A DNA stretch of 64,000 nt from Parcubacteria group bacterium LiPW_41 (GTDB lineage: Bacteria; Patescibacteriota; Minisyncoccia; UBA6257; GWB1-50-10): NCBI GenBank assembly GCA_007375535.1, contig VMEM01000003.1:100531-164530 (forward strand), given 5' to 3'. Below the pieces are notes generated by a model. It was not told the DNA's origin and did no database searches. It saw nothing but the letters and a program-made list of their open reading frames with translations. Position numbers and translations under genes: made by a program. Shown here one piece after another: positions 37,830-45,639 of the stretch (its first letter is position 1; the number at the start of each line of letters is the position of its first letter).

Positions 37830-38495
37830 ATGGCTTATCCTATTAATATAAGAGAAAAAACAATAACAATGCGAAAACAAGGATTTTCGCTGAATGAGAT
37901 ACATACAAAGACAGGAGTGGCGAAGGGTACGCTTTCTGTTTGGCTCCGTGATGTTGAGCTTTCAGATGGTGCACGTTCTAAGCTTTTGGGGAAAATTAAA
38001 AAAGGACAATATATTTCTGCTGAAAATAAGAAAGAAAAAACAAAAAAAATATTTCAAAAATATTTAGAAGAGGGCAGAAAAGAAATTGACGATGTGGATA
38101 TTGATAAAGGACTTGCAAGGATTATATGCTCACTTATTTATTGGTGTGAGGGTGCAAAGAGCGAGAAAACAGGAATAGCGTTTACAAATTCCGATCCACA
38201 ACTTGTTCGAACCTTTCTTGCTATGTTGCGTTCTGGGTTTGATGTTGATGAAAGAAAGTTCTCAGTATGTGTTCATCTTCATTCATATCATAATCCAGGT
38301 AAACAGCTTGAGTTTTGGTCTAAAACTGCTAATATTCCATTAGAGAGATTTATTAAACCATATCAAAAGAAAAATACAGGAAAGCGGATAAAAGAAAACT
38401 ATCAGGGTTGTATAACAATAAAGTATTATAATAATGATCTCGCGCGCCGAGTACTTATGTTGGGAAAGGCGACAATTTCAAAATTGGGGGCATAA
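37830..38495 (+). CDS. HTH-domain protein with degenerate single-motif LAGLIDADG-like homing-endonuclease core
   Basis: N-terminal HTH (GFSLNEIHTKTGVAKGTLSVWL). C-terminal region collinear with I-CreI-type enzymes: LIYWCEGAKS versus LAGFVDGDGS, LVRTFLAMLRSGF versus RRWFLDKLVDEIG, GFDVDERKFSVCVHL versus GYVRDRGSVSDYIL. No SD. Stop codon lies 10 nt inside tRNA-Trp. Confidence 0.4.
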   Translation: MAYPINIREKTITMRKQGFSLNEIHTKTGVAKGTLSVWLRDVELSDGARSKLLGKIKKGQYISAENKKEKTKKIFQKYLEEGRKEIDDVDIDKGLARIICSLIYWCEGAKSEKTGIAFTNSDPQLVRTFLAMLRSGFDVDERKFSVCVHLHSYHNPGKQLEFWSKTANIPLERFIKPYQKKNTGKRIKENYQGCITIKYYNNDLARRVLMLGKATISKLGA

Positions 38496-38558
38496 GCTCA
38501 ATGGTTAAACTGCCTCTCTCCAAAAGAGGACTTCTGGGTTCGAATCCTAGTGCCCCCG
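38486..38558 (+). tRNA. tRNA-Trp (anticodon CCA)
   Basis: GGGGGCA acceptor, anticodon stem CCTCT/AGAGG with loop CTCCAAA, T-arm CTGGGTTCGAATCCTAG, 3' TGCCCCC-G. D-stem has one mismatch. Confidence 0.8.
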
Positions 38559-38611
38559 CAAATATCAAAAAATACACTATCTGGTGTATTTTTTGATACA
38601 ATGGTATTAAT

Positions 38612-39253
38612 ATGGAAACAAAAAATGTTGAGATAAAAAAAGCGTTTTCCTTTGGTTGGCAATCAGCCAAAAAAGATTTTTTATATTTTGTGTACGTGGC
38701 GGCGATTGCCATGGTTATCAGTGGAATACTTGGAAAGCTTGGTGAAAAAAATTTTATTTTTGCCATTGTTGGTTGGGTAATAGGGTTTATTACTACTTGT
38801 GGTATTGCGCGTATCACGGTTGATTATGTACGTGGAACGAAACGGGAATTGGAAACACTTTTTACTGAGTGGCAATATTTTTGGCGTGTAGTTGGAGCAT
38901 GTATTTTTATGGGTATTCTTATTATTATTGGTCTTGTTCTTCTTGTTGTTCCCGGTATTTACCTTATTTTTCGTTTTCAATTTGTAACGCTATTTATTGT
39001 TGATAAGAATATGAAGATTAGAGAGGCAATGAAGGCAAGTACGGAGATGACAAAGGGAATAAAATGGCAACTCTTTCGATTTGCACTTGTATCAATTGGT
39101 GTTGCATTACTTGGTGTTTTGGCGCTTGGTGTTGGTATTTTTATCGCGGTTCCTATTATTTGGCTTGCACAAGCATACATTTATAATTCACTTCTTTCTG
39201 GAAATATAAAAGAAGAAATAAAAATAGACGGTTCAGTGGTTGCTACGAATTAA
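38612..39253 (+). CDS. hypothetical polytopic membrane protein
   Basis: 213 aa with about 5 TM helices and no catalytic motif. Confidence 0.5.
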   Translation: METKNVEIKKAFSFGWQSAKKDFLYFVYVAAIAMVISGILGKLGEKNFIFAIVGWVIGFITTCGIARITVDYVRGTKRELETLFTEWQYFWRVVGACIFMGILIIIGLVLLVVPGIYLIFRFQFVTLFIVDKNMKIREAMKASTEMTKGIKWQLFRFALVSIGVALLGVLALGVGIFIAVPIIWLAQAYIYNSLLSGNIKEEIKIDGSVVATN

Positions 39254-39289
39254 AGCAATTTCTCAAAAGCCTTTATACTGATTTAAATA

Positions 39290-40219
39290 ATGATTTTTGT
39301 TACTTCATATGACAGTCCTGATTTGGATGGTGTTGCGTGTGCCATTGCATATTCAGAGTTATTAAATAAAGAGGGGAAGAAAGCAAAAGCCGTATATTAC
39401 GGTGAGTTGGGTTTGGAGGTTGAATTTGTACGACAATTTACCGATTCTTTATCTATTGAGCAGTATACTGGTGCGTTTCCTCCTGATAGCCAGTTTATTT
39501 TGGTAGACTCAGCCGATCCTGACCAGTTAGAGAAAAACATCATCCCAGAAAAAGTAATTGAGATTATTGATCACCACCCACTCACATTTACTGATGTGTT
39601 TGTGAATGCACAAAAAACAATTGAGCTTGTGGGGTCATGCGCAACACTTGTAACTGAGCGACTTCAGAGAGAAAACTTCATTCCATCTCGAGAAGCCATT
39701 ATTTATCTTTACTCAGCAATTATTTCTAATACAGCGAATTTTAAAAATCCTATTACAACAGAACGGGACAGAAGCGCTGCGCTCTATTTGAGATCGTTGG
39801 TGGAATTACCTGATGATTATGTAAAAGAAATGTTTAGTTCAAAATCGAAGCTTACCAAGGACAACTTGTATGAGGTAATTTTTCAGGACTTTTTTGCAAA
39901 ACCGATTAATGGAAAGCGAGTGGGTATTGGGCAGATTGAGATTGTTGATCTTGATGAGACGGTTACAAGGTTGTGGGATGAGTTGGTTGTGACATTAGAG
40001 CGAATACGAAAAGAGGATAAGTTGGATTACATATTTCTCGTAGGAATTGATTTATACAAAGGGCACACGATGTTTGTGAGTATTGATGAGGAGTCACGCG
40101 AGTTGTTTTCCAAGGCGCTTAGCGTTCCTGATTTAAAAACAAAACATACTATTGATTTCATAATGATGAGGAAACAGGTGTGGCCGAAGGTGGATGCGGT
40201 GTTAGAAAATAGAAGTTAA
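39290..40219 (+). CDS. ppaC: DHH/DHHA2 family II inorganic pyrophosphatase (PpaC-like) or NrnA-type phosphoesterase
   Basis: DHH motifs DSPDLDGVACAIAY, ILVDSADP, IIDHH; 309 aa, collinear with Mn-dependent PPase. Confidence 0.6.
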   Translation: MIFVTSYDSPDLDGVACAIAYSELLNKEGKKAKAVYYGELGLEVEFVRQFTDSLSIEQYTGAFPPDSQFILVDSADPDQLEKNIIPEKVIEIIDHHPLTFTDVFVNAQKTIELVGSCATLVTERLQRENFIPSREAIIYLYSAIISNTANFKNPITTERDRSAALYLRSLVELPDDYVKEMFSSKSKLTKDNLYEVIFQDFFAKPINGKRVGIGQIEIVDLDETVTRLWDELVVTLERIRKEDKLDYIFLVGIDLYKGHTMFVSIDEESRELFSKALSVPDLKTKHTIDFIMMRKQVWPKVDAVLENRS

Positions 40220-40244
40220 TTTAAGGACAAATTAAAAAATCACT

Positions 40245-41090
40245 TCAACTGAGGTGGTTTTTAGTTTGAGTTGAGATTTCTTTTTTGTAGAGTTCCATCA
40301 GAAGTTTTGTGTTTTTGCCCACTAAACCGCTGCCGATGGTTTGGTTGTTAATTTTTATAATCGGTAAAATTTCGCGAGTGGTTGAGGTGATAAAGCTTTC
40401 GGTGGCTGTTTTTAAGTCATTAAGCATAACTTTCTGTTCTTTCACCACAAAATACTTTTTTGCGAGTTTTAATATAAGATTTCTTCGAGTTCCTAAAAGA
40501 ATAGTATCTTTTGGTGTGATGAGGGTATTGTTTTTGAAAATAAAGAAGTTGAACGTGGTGCCTTCGGTGATGATTCCATTTTGCTCATAGAGAATATCTA
40601 ATGCTTTTGCTCTTTGTTTCCTATCTTCGTTCATGATCATTGTTATATAGTTCAATGATTTTATTTCTGCGAGTGGGCGGATATAGGAGTGAGTGATGAG
40701 TTTCGCGCCACGCTCATAAATAGATTTTGGATAAATATGTACAGGAGTTGCAACAATAAAAATGGTCTCGTTGTTTTTGATGCGCTTGGTTCCATCCTGA
40801 CTCACACCACCCGTAACTACGATGCGAACGCCAATATCAGTGCCCACTTTTTTATAAAGTTTCAAAACAATATCATTTAATTGTTTTTCTGATAGAACAA
40901 CTTTTAGTGAAAGTGTTTTTGCTGAATGTGTTAGGCGAGAATAATGCTCGTGAAGTAAGAAAGGAACGCCGTTATAAGTGCGAAGATAATCAAACACGCC
41001 GTACCCACGAAGGAGACCAAGGTCCATAACGGAAATTTTAGCTTTTTCGGTTGAAATTATCTTTCCATTGATATAACAAAATGAGTTCAT
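40245..41090 (-). CDS. class IV PLP aminotransferase (branched-chain or D-amino-acid aminotransferase)
   Basis: EHYSRLTHSAK, catalytic-Lys region AEIKSLNYITMI and the GSGLVG-like loop of fold-type IV. Confidence 0.7.
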   Translation of the reverse strand: MNSFCYINGKIISTEKAKISVMDLGLLRGYGVFDYLRTYNGVPFLLHEHYSRLTHSAKTLSLKVVLSEKQLNDIVLKLYKKVGTDIGVRIVVTGGVSQDGTKRIKNNETIFIVATPVHIYPKSIYERGAKLITHSYIRPLAEIKSLNYITMIMNEDRKQRAKALDILYEQNGIITEGTTFNFFIFKNNTLITPKDTILLGTRRNLILKLAKKYFVVKEQKVMLNDLKTATESFITSTTREILPIIKINNQTIGSGLVGKNTKLLMELYKKEISTQTKNHLS

Positions 41091-41159
41091 CTCTGCGTTG
41101 AATTATACCATCAGTTGCGCTAGAATGTGGGTATTCGTTGTGGGCATCCACGACGCACT

Positions 41160-42170
41160 ATGAAATCACATAATATATCGGGATTTTTCTCAGTTCTTGC
41201 AGCATTAATAGGAAACGCAGTTGTTGCCGTGATCAAATTCGCGGCGGCTTTCATTTCTGGGTCTAGCGCAATGTTTTCTGAAGCAATTCACAGTGTTGCG
41301 GACACGTTGAATCAATCATTCCTTTTAGTAGGAATCGTTCGTTCACAAAAAAGAGCAGACGATCAATTTATTTATGGGTATGGAAATGAGCGATTTTTTT
41401 GGGCGCTCATTTCTGCGTGCGGTATCTTCTTTATTGGTGCAGGGGTAACTATTTATCACGGAATTTCCACACTTCTTGAGTCACACGAAATTGAATATCA
41501 TCCGATCGTATTCGTTGTGCTTTTTGTTTCTTTTGTTATTGAGTCAGTTACGTTTTTTATTGCGTTTAAAGAGTTAAAAAAGAGACACAAACATAAACAT
41601 TCATTATTGAAGTTCTTTCATGAAAGCGACCCATCAACACTTGCAGTTGTTATGGAAGACGGGGTAGCGGTGCTTGGTATATTTATTGCTGCGGCATCCA
41701 TCGGACTTACGATGTACACGGGGAACCAACTATTTGATTCATTGGGTTCCATCGTTATTGGTGTGTTGCTTGGTGTGGTTGCGATACTTTTGATTTATAA
41801 AAACAAAAAGTATTTAATTGGACACTCAATTCCTGAAGAATTAGAAGAGGAGATTATCGAATTACTTGAAAAAGATCCTGCAATTGAAAAAGTGATTGAT
41901 TTTAAATCTTCAGTGCTTGATGTAGGAATTTATCGGGTGAAGTGTGAGATTGAGTTCAATGGGAATGCACTTCTCAAAGAACTCTCAAAGGGGTATCCGT
42001 TACGAGAGGCGTATGAAGATGTGAAGGGAGATTATGAAGAGTTTAAAAAATTCGTTGCTGATTATACTGATCGCGTGCCTCGACTGGTGGGAAAGCGAAT
42101 TGATGATGTGGAAAAGACCATTGAGGCGAAATATCCATCGGTACGACACATAGATATTGAGTTGAATTAA
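41160..42170 (+). CDS. cation diffusion facilitator (CDF) metal efflux transporter
   Basis: SAMFSEAIHSVADTLNQ (TM2 HxxxD site), six TM helices plus a C-terminal cytoplasmic domain. Confidence 0.75.
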   Translation: MKSHNISGFFSVLAALIGNAVVAVIKFAAAFISGSSAMFSEAIHSVADTLNQSFLLVGIVRSQKRADDQFIYGYGNERFFWALISACGIFFIGAGVTIYHGISTLLESHEIEYHPIVFVVLFVSFVIESVTFFIAFKELKKRHKHKHSLLKFFHESDPSTLAVVMEDGVAVLGIFIAAASIGLTMYTGNQLFDSLGSIVIGVLLGVVAILLIYKNKKYLIGHSIPEELEEEIIELLEKDPAIEKVIDFKSSVLDVGIYRVKCEIEFNGNALLKELSKGYPLREAYEDVKGDYEEFKKFVADYTDRVPRLVGKRIDDVEKTIEAKYPSVRHIDIELN

Positions 42171-42177
42171 CAAAAGG

Positions 42178-42205
42178 AGCTCGTAGTGAGCTCTTTTTGG
42201 TTTGG
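42178..42205 (+). terminator. intrinsic terminator GGAGCTCgtagtGAGCTC plus T5
   Basis: Hairpin then TTTTTGG. Confidence 0.45.
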
Positions 42206-42220
42206 TGATACAATATATAA

Positions 42221-42898
42221 ATGGGAAAAAAAAGTTTTATTATTTTTCTAATTTTGGTGGTCATTTTGTTGCTTGGTTATATTTTCATGAGAGGTGGTAA
42301 CGGTGATAACAAAAAGGATGTAATTACTTTATTACCAAATGAAGAAAAATCATCAGAAATAAAAAATGAAGTACAGCCCATAGGCGAAAATTCTGGATGG
42401 AATATATACAAAAATAAAGAATATGGATTTCAATTAAGTTATCCGACGAATCTTTTTTCTGATTTTCGTGATGTTTCAATAGAGAACAATAAGGGAGATT
42501 TCTTATTTAGAACAGTTGCCAGTGGAATAAATGATGTTGGTGGGTCAAATACGACTATAAATTTAGAGATAAGTGTTTTTCCAAAAGGATATACAATAAA
42601 ATCTCGTCAATCACCATTGAATACTGGATATGATATTGAAAAAAACAAATGTCTTTCAGCATCAACCGTACCCTATGAAACCGACCCAATAGTTGAGAAT
42701 GGAAATCGTTTCTGTTCCGTAGATGAGGGTAGTTATGGCTCTATATATAAGGGATATCTTATTCAAAATATTAAGGATGGAAGAATTATTACTATTTTAT
42801 ACACAGGGAATTTTAATGGAAATATTCTTGAAGAAGATGTTGGAAAATTTAGTCCAAAAATAGAAATCGAAAAAATTATAAAAACTTTTTCTTTTTGA
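42221..42898 (+). CDS. hypothetical secreted/membrane-anchored protein
   Basis: N-terminal signal anchor and an N-glycine/Ser-rich soluble domain. Confidence 0.5.
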   Translation: MGKKSFIIFLILVVILLLGYIFMRGGNGDNKKDVITLLPNEEKSSEIKNEVQPIGENSGWNIYKNKEYGFQLSYPTNLFSDFRDVSIENNKGDFLFRTVASGINDVGGSNTTINLEISVFPKGYTIKSRQSPLNTGYDIEKNKCLSASTVPYETDPIVENGNRFCSVDEGSYGSIYKGYLIQNIKDGRIITILYTGNFNGNILEEDVGKFSPKIEIEKIIKTFSF

Positions 42899-42904
42899 TA
42901 ACAA

Positions 42905-43717
42905 ATGAATCAGTTGTATGTAATAAAATTGTCGGGAGAGCGGGAATTATTTTCTGAGGGGAAATTGCGGAACGCATTAGAGCGGGCGGCGGTTGTTCCT
43001 CATTTGATTGATGAGACAGTAAAAGAGGTGAAATCACAGATGAAGGATGGAATTCCTACTACTGAGATTTATCGTCTTGCATTTTCGTATTTACGAGAAC
43101 GGGAACAGGGGTCTGCGGGGCGATATGGACTTAGAAAAGCAATTATGGAAATGGGACCAGACGGACACCCATTTGAAAATCTTGTGGGAGAGATATTGAA
43201 GGTACAAGGATTTGAAGTAGAGACAAGTGTGTTACTACAAGGAAAATGTGTGCAACATGAGGTTGATGTTATTGCAATTAAAGGAGACAGGAAGATTATG
43301 GTTGAGTGCAAGTTTCACAATGTGCAGGAGGTAAAATCCGATATAAAAGTCGCCCTCTATGTACAAGCTCGATTTGAGGATTTAAAAGAGACACATCATT
43401 TTACTGAGGTGTGGTTAGTAACCAATACAAAACTTTCGTATGATGCAATTCAGTATGCAAAGTGTGCGGGGATGCATGCGGTGGGATGGAGTTATCCACG
43501 AGAGGGAAGTTTGCAGCACCTGATTGAACGAGCAGAATTGCATCCGATAACTTGTTTGGAAAGTGTGACCAAAGAAGAAAAGCGGATGTGGCTCGATGGA
43601 GGAATCATTACCTGCAAAGACATTCGAGAAAAACCGAATGCGTTTATGATTGCGAACATTCACGAGAGGCAACATGCGATAGTTATGAAGGAGATTGATA
43701 AGTTGTGTGGAAAATAA
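42905..43717 (+). CDS. ATP-cone domain fused to Mrr-like (PD-(D/E)xK) restriction-endonuclease-fold domain
   Basis: N-terminal VIKLSGERELFSEGKLRNALERAA (ATP-cone as in NrdR/RNR). C-terminal FENLVGEILKVQGFEV...HEVDVIAIKGDRKIMVECKFH (Mrr_cat D...E.K core). Confidence 0.55.
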   Translation: MNQLYVIKLSGERELFSEGKLRNALERAAVVPHLIDETVKEVKSQMKDGIPTTEIYRLAFSYLREREQGSAGRYGLRKAIMEMGPDGHPFENLVGEILKVQGFEVETSVLLQGKCVQHEVDVIAIKGDRKIMVECKFHNVQEVKSDIKVALYVQARFEDLKETHHFTEVWLVTNTKLSYDAIQYAKCAGMHAVGWSYPREGSLQHLIERAELHPITCLESVTKEEKRMWLDGGIITCKDIREKPNAFMIANIHERQHAIVMKEIDKLCGK

Positions 43718-43718
43718 T

Positions 43719-43925
43719 ATGACGAAGAAATTTATATTACTAACTATTTTGATTGTCGCTATTGTGTTAGGGGTTGGCTTTTATATGCAATACAAAGAAG
43801 AAAGGAGAATTATGAATATAATTCTGAATAATCCAGCTGAGTGTTTAAAGGATGAAAAATGTATGGAACGTTTAAAGGGTGATGTTGAAGGATTTAAAAA
43901 GTATCAAGAATTAAATACAAAATAA
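43719..43925 (+). CDS. small single-TM protein
   Basis: MTKKFILLTILIVAIVLGVGFY...; start at the internal ATG to avoid overlap with the upstream gene. Confidence 0.35.
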   Translation: MTKKFILLTILIVAIVLGVGFYMQYKEERRIMNIILNNPAECLKDEKCMERLKGDVEGFKKYQELNTK

Positions 43926-43963
43926 ATTATTTGCTACACTAGATATAGAGACAATATATAGAA

Positions 43964-44953
43964 ATGGCACCAAAGAAAAAGAAAAAAGTGGTAGTGATTT
44001 CAGGAGGACCTTCGACTGAGCATGAAGTGTCGGTTCGTGGCGCACAAAAAGTATTTGAAGCATTAAACAAAGATTCGTATGAGGTTGAAAATATTTTAGT
44101 GGACAAGCATGGGGTGTGGGAAAAACATCCACAGATTGTTGCACATAATAACGATGTAGTATTTATTGTGATGCACGGAACGTATGGAGAAGACGGAACA
44201 ATTCAACGAATTTTAGATTCACACAATATTCCCTATACGGGGTCTGACGCAATGGCGAGTGCGCTTTCGATGAATAAGTTTCTTTCTGGTGCAGTATTGC
44301 AAAGAGCGGGAATTTCAATTCCGCTTACTTTCTTATTTACAAAATATGATTGGGAATGGAAGAAGCAGGAAGTTTTTGACAAGATAAAACATTATTTACA
44401 CTATCCATTTGTAGTGAAGCCAAACACACAGGGATCAAGTGTAGGAGTTCACATTGTTCGTTCGCGAGGAGATCTGGAACACGCGATGCACGAGGTATTC
44501 AAGCACGGGGATGAAGCATTGATTCAGAAATTTATCGCGGGAATGGAATTGTCATGTGGGGTGTTGGATTATGGGTGGAAGGGAAGTGAGTTTGCATTGT
44601 TGCCGATTGAGATTGTTCCAAACGGTGCAGCATTTTTTGATTATGGTGCAAAATATATGCCGATGGGTTCTGAAGAAATTATTCCCGCACGAGTTCCTGA
44701 TTATAAATTGAGAGAGATTCAGCGAATTGCTGTTTTAGCACATCAGGTATTGGGTGCGCGAGGATTTTCTCGAACTGATATGATTATGGCGCCTGACGGT
44801 CATATATCGGTACTTGAGCTCAACACCATTCCTGGGTTAACTGAAGAAAGTTTATTACCAAAATCTGCTGAGGCAACAGGAATTCCATTTTCAAAACTTC
44901 TTAATTTAATGATTGAGGCGGCGTTGTTTGGGAGAGAGACGGAGCAATTTTAA
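43964..44953 (+). CDS. ddl: D-alanine--D-alanine ligase
   Basis: KVVVISGGPSTEHEVSVRGA N-terminus, ATP-grasp motifs (FVKPNTQGSSVGV, ELNTIPG). Confidence 0.85.
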   Translation: MAPKKKKKVVVISGGPSTEHEVSVRGAQKVFEALNKDSYEVENILVDKHGVWEKHPQIVAHNNDVVFIVMHGTYGEDGTIQRILDSHNIPYTGSDAMASALSMNKFLSGAVLQRAGISIPLTFLFTKYDWEWKKQEVFDKIKHYLHYPFVVKPNTQGSSVGVHIVRSRGDLEHAMHEVFKHGDEALIQKFIAGMELSCGVLDYGWKGSEFALLPIEIVPNGAAFFDYGAKYMPMGSEEIIPARVPDYKLREIQRIAVLAHQVLGARGFSRTDMIMAPDGHISVLELNTIPGLTEESLLPKSAEATGIPFSKLLNLMIEAALFGRETEQF

Positions 44954-45180
44954 ATTCTAAATTTCAAATTTTAATTGAATGGGGGGAAAAGGAGAATTTT
45001 CAATTATCAATTTTGCAATTTTCAATCAATAACCAATTAATCAAAAACTCTAAATTCGAATATCGAAATCCTAAACAATATCAAAATTCAAATATTAAAA
45101 GAAGGAGAGAAGAGAGAATTTTAAATTCTAAATTTCAAATTTTAATTTAATTCTCCAATAATTCAATTTTAAATTGAGAG
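44949..45180. repeat. AT-rich low-complexity intergenic block containing two copies of the dispersed repeat
   Basis: Copy at 44949-44982 and full copy at 45117-45178 (identical to 23898-23958). Between them are CAATT/CTAAA(T/C)-type short repeats. Confidence 0.5.
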
Positions 45181-45184
45181 AAGA

Positions 45185-45550
45185 GAGGATAGATTCCTGC
45201 TTTCGCGGGAATGACATGGGTGGACAAGTTGAGTTGACGGGGTTTTGGTTTGTGGTACATTATCTGGGTAACTTGAAAATGCATAAAGCGTGCGTACGGT
45301 GTAGAAGAGGTACTCGACGGAGTATAAGGTGCATGAGAGGATTTGCGCGAAAGAGTTCGCTGTATTGAGTCCAGACTTTGGGCTAAGGGAGTTCCATCGA
45401 GGAGATGGACAAATGGGATAAAGCACGTCCTATTCCGAAGCCATGACACTTCAATCCGTATGAAATTGGCGCCTCGTTTCAAATATATGGATTGGCAGAT
45501 AGTGTGGTAGAGTTACTTTTTATTATGACCCCGAATGTGGGGTCTTTTTT
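45185..45550 (+). ncRNA. unassigned structured non-coding region (about 330 nt) ending in a strong intrinsic terminator
   Basis: No plausible ORF. The 64-aa (+) and 111-aa (-) ORFs translate the hairpin ATTCCTGCtttcGCGGGAAT. Several conserved-looking hairpins (GCGAAagagTTCGC). Terminator GACCCCGAATGTGGGGTC plus T6 at 45517-45550. Confidence 0.3.
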
Positions 45551-45639
45551 ATATCCTTTTTGGGATTTTCTATTGCTTATTTGTTGGTTTAGATGAATAA
45601 TGATGTCAGAAATTTACAAACAAAATAAGGAGGAATGCC

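Noticed and set aside
38455-38817. 120-aa minus-strand ORF
   Set aside because: It overlaps tRNA-Trp and the 5' end of the downstream membrane-protein gene antisense.
45147-45482. 111-aa (-) and 64-aa (+) ORFs inside the structured non-coding region
   Set aside because: Both read through the hairpin repeat (VIPAKAGIY / CFRGNDMGG). The composition is nonsense-like, there is no RBS, and they overlap each other on opposite strands.
45185-45550. Tested the 330-nt region (and 50477-50818) against RNase P RNA, SRP/4.5S RNA and tmRNA conserved blocks by eye.
   Set aside because: No P4 AGGAAAGUCCGGGC, no GGUAAGAGCGCACC, no GGAAGCAGCC domain-IV motif, no tRNA-like 3' end. A weak AAGGGAGTTCCATCG resemblance to type-B P4 is not enough.
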